From a candidate division WWE3 bacterium (GTDB lineage Bacteria > Patescibacteriota > WWE3 > 2-01-FULL-39-13): a stretch of DNA of 64,000 bases. The translations under genes were made by a program, and so were the position numbers. The notes below the pieces were generated by a model. The model made no database searches, was not told the origin of the DNA, and saw nothing but the letters and a program-made list of their open reading frames with translations. The stretch covers positions 42,270 through 106,269 of the forward strand of contig CALRDH010000002.1 in assembly GCA_943354835.1 (NCBI GenBank), written 5' to 3'. Positions 61,138 through 64,000 of this stretch are shown here, in pieces. Every line of letters begins with the position of its first letter. Positions within the stretch are counted from its first letter, which is position 1.

Positions 61138-61214
61138 TGGTGGGTAGTATAGGACTTGAACCTATGACCTTCACAATGTCAATGTGACGCTCTAGCCAGC
61201 TGAGCTAACCACCC
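61138..61214 (-). tRNA. tRNA-Val (anticodon GAC)
   Basis: The reverse complement gives GGGTGGTTAGCTCAGCTGG...tcacaTTGACATtgtga...GGTTCAAGTCC...ACTACCC-A-CCA. Confidence 0.8.
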
Positions 61215-61235
61215 ACGAAATGTGAATTAAACTAA

Positions 61236-61820
61236 TTATTTCTTTAGTATTTTATCAATTATGCCGTATTTTAGAGCTTCATCTGGAGTCATATGAAAAT
61301 CGCGCTCTGCATCTTTTTCGATTTGCTTTACAGATGTTCCTGTGTCTTCACTTAATCTTTTATAAAGTTGTTCTCGAAGTCTTATAATTTCTTTTGCTTG
61401 GATTTCAATATCTGTTGCTTGACCTTCTGAACCGCCACTTGGTTGATGAATCATTATCATTGAATGTGGCAATGAAAATCTTTTTCCTTTTGTTCCGGCC
61501 GCAAGCAAAACTGATCCCATAGATGCTGCCATTCCAACGCAAATTGTTGAGACGTCACATTTAAGGTGTTTTATAGTATCGTATATCGCCATTCCGCTAT
61601 ATACCATTCCGCCCGGAGAATTCACATAAATACTTATATCCTTTGTTTCATCTTCGGCTTGAAGGTACAAAAGTTGTGCGATTACAGTATTTGCCATATC
61701 CATATCAATGGCTCCACCAATAAACACAATTCTTTCTTTTAAAAGTCTTGAATAAATATCATAAGATCTTTCGTATCCACTTGGATCTTTTTCTACGACC
61801 ATCGGAATAAGTATGCTCAT
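61236..61820 (-). CDS. clpP: ATP-dependent Clp protease proteolytic subunit
   Basis: [11 protein letters not shown] with the catalytic Ser, MIHQPSGG with the catalytic His. 194 aa. Confidence 0.9.
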   Translation of the reverse strand: MSILIPMVVEKDPSGYERSYDIYSRLLKERIVFIGGAIDMDMANTVIAQLLYLQAEDETKDISIYVNSPGGMVYSGMAIYDTIKHLKCDVSTICVGMAASMGSVLLAAGTKGKRFSLPHSMIMIHQPSGGSEGQATDIEIQAKEIIRLREQLYKRLSEDTGTSVKQIEKDAERDFHMTPDEALKYGIIDKILKK

Positions 61821-61840
61821 GTTTTTGATTATACTATAAA

Positions 61841-62653
61841 TTACTTTGCTTCTGCCAACTTCTGAATAGTCTTATTTTTCAATAAAACAGCTTTTATATA
61901 CATTCTTTGATCTGGATTTGATAAAGCTTTTTTACTTGCTTCGTCAGGAATTGCAGAAAGTGTTTTCTCGACTTCTTCATCTGAAATCGTAACGCCTTCT
62001 TTATCAGCGATTTCTGTAATTATGAAATCAGATTTAATATTTTTTTCAGCTGATTTTGCATATTCATCTCTTAAACTTTGAGGGTTTTTGCTTTGTGACT
62101 CCATATACTTATCAATTGTTAGTCCAAGTCTTGCTAATTGATCAATTAAAGAAGACATCATTCTGTCTGTTTCTTCGGTTATAAGCTCTGATGCAACCTT
62201 CACTTCTGAACATTTTAAAACTGCATCTATAATTTGCTGAACGCTTGGACTTTCTTTTTCCTTAGTTTCGATTTTGGAAATTTCGGCTTTGTAATCTCCA
62301 AGTTTAATTTCAGGAGCCTCTATAATTGTTACTGTAAACTTTAAATCCTTGTCTTCTTCAAATTCAGTAATATTAAATCTTGGATAAACAATTGGTTTAA
62401 GCTTATTTTCTTTAACAACATTTGAATAAGCATCTGACAAAATGTGATTTAATGCGTGACTTCGAAGCTTTGCCTGATCTATATTCTTTTTAACAACATC
62501 AAGTGGAGCTTTGCCTTTTCTAAATCCTTTAATTTCGATATCTTTGGCTTCATGCTCTAAAGCCTCATTAAGAGAACTATTAACTTTATCCTTCTCTATA
62601 ACAACTTCGGCCTTGTAAGTATTATTCTCGGCTTTGTTTATTGTGATTTGCAT
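61841..62653 (-). CDS. tig: trigger factor (short form)
   Basis: An N-terminal ribosome-binding domain with the GFRKGKAP signature. It lies upstream of clpP. 270 aa. Confidence 0.7.
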   Translation of the reverse strand: MQITINKAENNTYKAEVVIEKDKVNSSLNEALEHEAKDIEIKGFRKGKAPLDVVKKNIDQAKLRSHALNHILSDAYSNVVKENKLKPIVYPRFNITEFEEDKDLKFTVTIIEAPEIKLGDYKAEISKIETKEKESPSVQQIIDAVLKCSEVKVASELITEETDRMMSSLIDQLARLGLTIDKYMESQSKNPQSLRDEYAKSAEKNIKSDFIITEIADKEGVTISDEEVEKTLSAIPDEASKKALSNPDQRMYIKAVLLKNKTIQKLAEAK

Positions 62654-62667
62654 AATTATTCTTAAAA

Positions 62668-62886
62668 TTAACTACTTGGTTCCTCGTAGACCGATGTGAA
62701 CTCATCAACAATTTCATATACGATGCTCCATTTTATAAGATTTCCACCATACTGCTCCAACAAATCTTTTGTATTAGGAGCTTTTGGCAAATTTAAGTTC
62801 GCGTACCATGCTTCATACCAATCTGTATAACTCCTTTGAATACGTCTTAGCTCCTCTTCCGAGATCTCTGCTGTTTCCTCACTCAT
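62668..62886 (-). CDS. small hypothetical protein
   Basis: A 72-aa acidic ORF between tig and the permease gene. Confidence 0.3.
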   Translation of the reverse strand: MSEETAEISEEELRRIQRSYTDWYEAWYANLNLPKAPNTKDLLEQYGGNLIKWSIVYEIVDEFTSVYEEPSS

Positions 62887-64000
62887 ATCTTAATGCTTCA
62901 ATTGGATCTTTCTTACTCGCTTTGACTGCAGGATAAGTCCCGAAAATTATACCGACAAATGCTGCAAATGAAAAGGCGATTGCAACAGACCACCATGGAA
63001 CTTCTGTCCTTATATATGCTCGACCCGCAAATGATGCAAGCCAACCTATCATAATTCCAATCGAACCTCCGGTGACGCTTAAAAGTACAGATTCAATCAA
63101 GAATTGTAGTGCCACATCAAAAGGAGTTGCTCCAAGAGCTTTTCTAAGACCAATTTCGCGAGTTCTTTCAGTCACAGAAACAAGCATAATATTCATAATC
63201 CCAATTCCTCCAACTAGAAGCGAAATTCCGGCGATTGCGCCAAGTCCTATTGTTAACATTTGTAAAATATTTTGAATAGTTGCCAAAATATCGGCTTGAG
63301 ATAAAACTGTAAAATCATCGTCTTCTAAATCTCGAAGTAATGCTTTCTCGATTAATTTTGTAGCACTGTTTAGGTCCTTGTCGGCTTTTACTTTTACAAC
63401 AATTCGGCTTATATTTTTTAATTCAAATGAATTTATCGCAGATGTATAAGGAACAACAACTTGTTCATCAAAATCACTGCCCTTTTCTTTTGAAGTACCA
63501 ATTACAACATAACTATCTCCGCTAATCTTTATACTTTGACCTATTGGACTTTGATTTGGAAATAATTCATCTTTAACAGATTTCCCTAAAATGGCGACTC
63601 GGCTTCCTGACCTAACATCGGCTCTTGTAAAAAAAGCGCCTTCATCTATTGAATAATCAAATAAATATTTACCTTCTTCGTTTATACCTGTAACTGCCGC
63701 ATTATAATATTTAGTTTTATATTTTACCGTTTCGCTTACATTCACCATTGGAGTTATTTGTTCGACAATATCCGTGGCATGAGTCTGAATTAACTTAATA
63801 TGTTTTTCTTCTAATTTATTTCGGCTAAATGAATTTCCAGGATCCCTGCCAAATGAAACTTTTCCTGGTGAAACAAATAATAAATTTGAGCCCAATGCAT
63901 CAAACTGATCTGTTATGTAATTTTGAATGCCACGTCCAATAGAAATCAATAAAATGACTGCGGAAACTCCGATAATAACGCCAAGCATAGTTAGAAAAGT
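62879..64000 (-). CDS. MacB/FtsX-type ABC transporter permease; N-terminus lies beyond the window
   Basis: A MacB_PCD-like periplasmic domain plus a C-terminal FtsX 4-TM bundle (IGIMNIMLVSVTERTREIG). The ORF is open to the window edge. Confidence 0.7.
   Translation of the reverse strand, partial: TFLTMLGVIIGVSAVILLISIGRGIQNYITDQFDALGSNLLFVSPGKVSFGRDPGNSFSRNKLEEKHIKLIQTHATDIVEQITPMVNVSETVKYKTKYYNAAVTGINEEGKYLFDYSIDEGAFFTRADVRSGSRVAILGKSVKDELFPNQSPIGQSIKISGDSYVVIGTSKEKGSDFDEQVVVPYTSAINSFELKNISRIVVKVKADKDLNSATKLIEKALLRDLEDDDFTVLSQADILATIQNILQMLTIGLGAIAGISLLVGGIGIMNIMLVSVTERTREIGLRKALGATPFDVALQFLIESVLLSVTGGSIGIMIGWLASFAGRAYIRTEVPWWSVAIAFSFAAFVGIIFGTYPAVKASKKDPIEALRYE

Noticed and set aside
1-64000. 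CRISPR arrays, rRNA genes, and additional transposases or integrases
   Set aside because: No regularly spaced direct repeats of 25-40 bp were seen. No rRNA-like conserved stretches were found. Only one IS (24502-25231) and one recombinase (8396-9961) were identified. No tyrosine integrase motif (R..H..R..Y) was found in any island ORF.

Overview
Low-GC (~33%) bacterial window with compact genes and many small membrane or secreted hypotheticals. The aaRS and chaperone genes are shortened (PheT 661 aa, Tig 270 aa). By inference this fits a reduced-genome monoderm lineage such as CPR/Patescibacteria, read with the standard genetic code.

Layout:
- 1-8.4 kb, housekeeping: a partial CaCA antiporter, phosphomannomutase, truB, a thioredoxin plus a CcdA-MsrA-MsrB fusion, a tRNA-Lys preceded by a tRNA-Lys 5' fragment, a large membrane protein, and a wHTH-PRTase regulator.
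- 8.4-36.75 kb, a genomic island of about 28 kb. It sits at the 3' end of tRNA-Glu(TTC) and is bounded by 87-bp direct repeats (8445-8531 and 36666-36752, one mismatch).
- 36.75-49.7 kb, accessory genes: AAA/DUF4143, a CPBP protease, a DUF4143 fragment, an AbiEi/AbiEii pair, DUF2130, a cupredoxin, a split NhaD-like permease, an MFS transporter, and an Asx-tRNA ligase.
- 49.7-64 kb, core genes: LCP, tRNA-Tyr, PBP1A, the pheT-pheS-rplT-rpmI-infC-thrS operon, manC-like, tRNA-Val, clpP, tig, and a partial MacB/FtsX permease.

The island carries:
- a large serine recombinase beside attL;
- a VirD4/TraG-type coupling ATPase, with a 126-bp duplication of its promoter and 5' end;
- a VirB4 ATPase with a pilin-like, a VirB6-like and a VirB3-like protein and an M23 hydrolase, all behind a consensus TTGACA-17-TATAAT promoter;
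- DUF2958, RadC, an XRE regulator and a PLD/Nuc nuclease;
- a Type I R-M operon, hsdR-hsdM-hsdS. hsdM is split by a 730-bp IS1595-family element with 22-bp perfect IRs and a 7-bp TSD. A GC-richer 1115-aa unknown protein is translationally coupled downstream of hsdS.

The island looks like a putative integrative conjugative element with a monoderm-type minimal T4SS. It, and the R-M-linked giant ORF, are the main candidates for something new. No CRISPR arrays or rRNA genes were seen.
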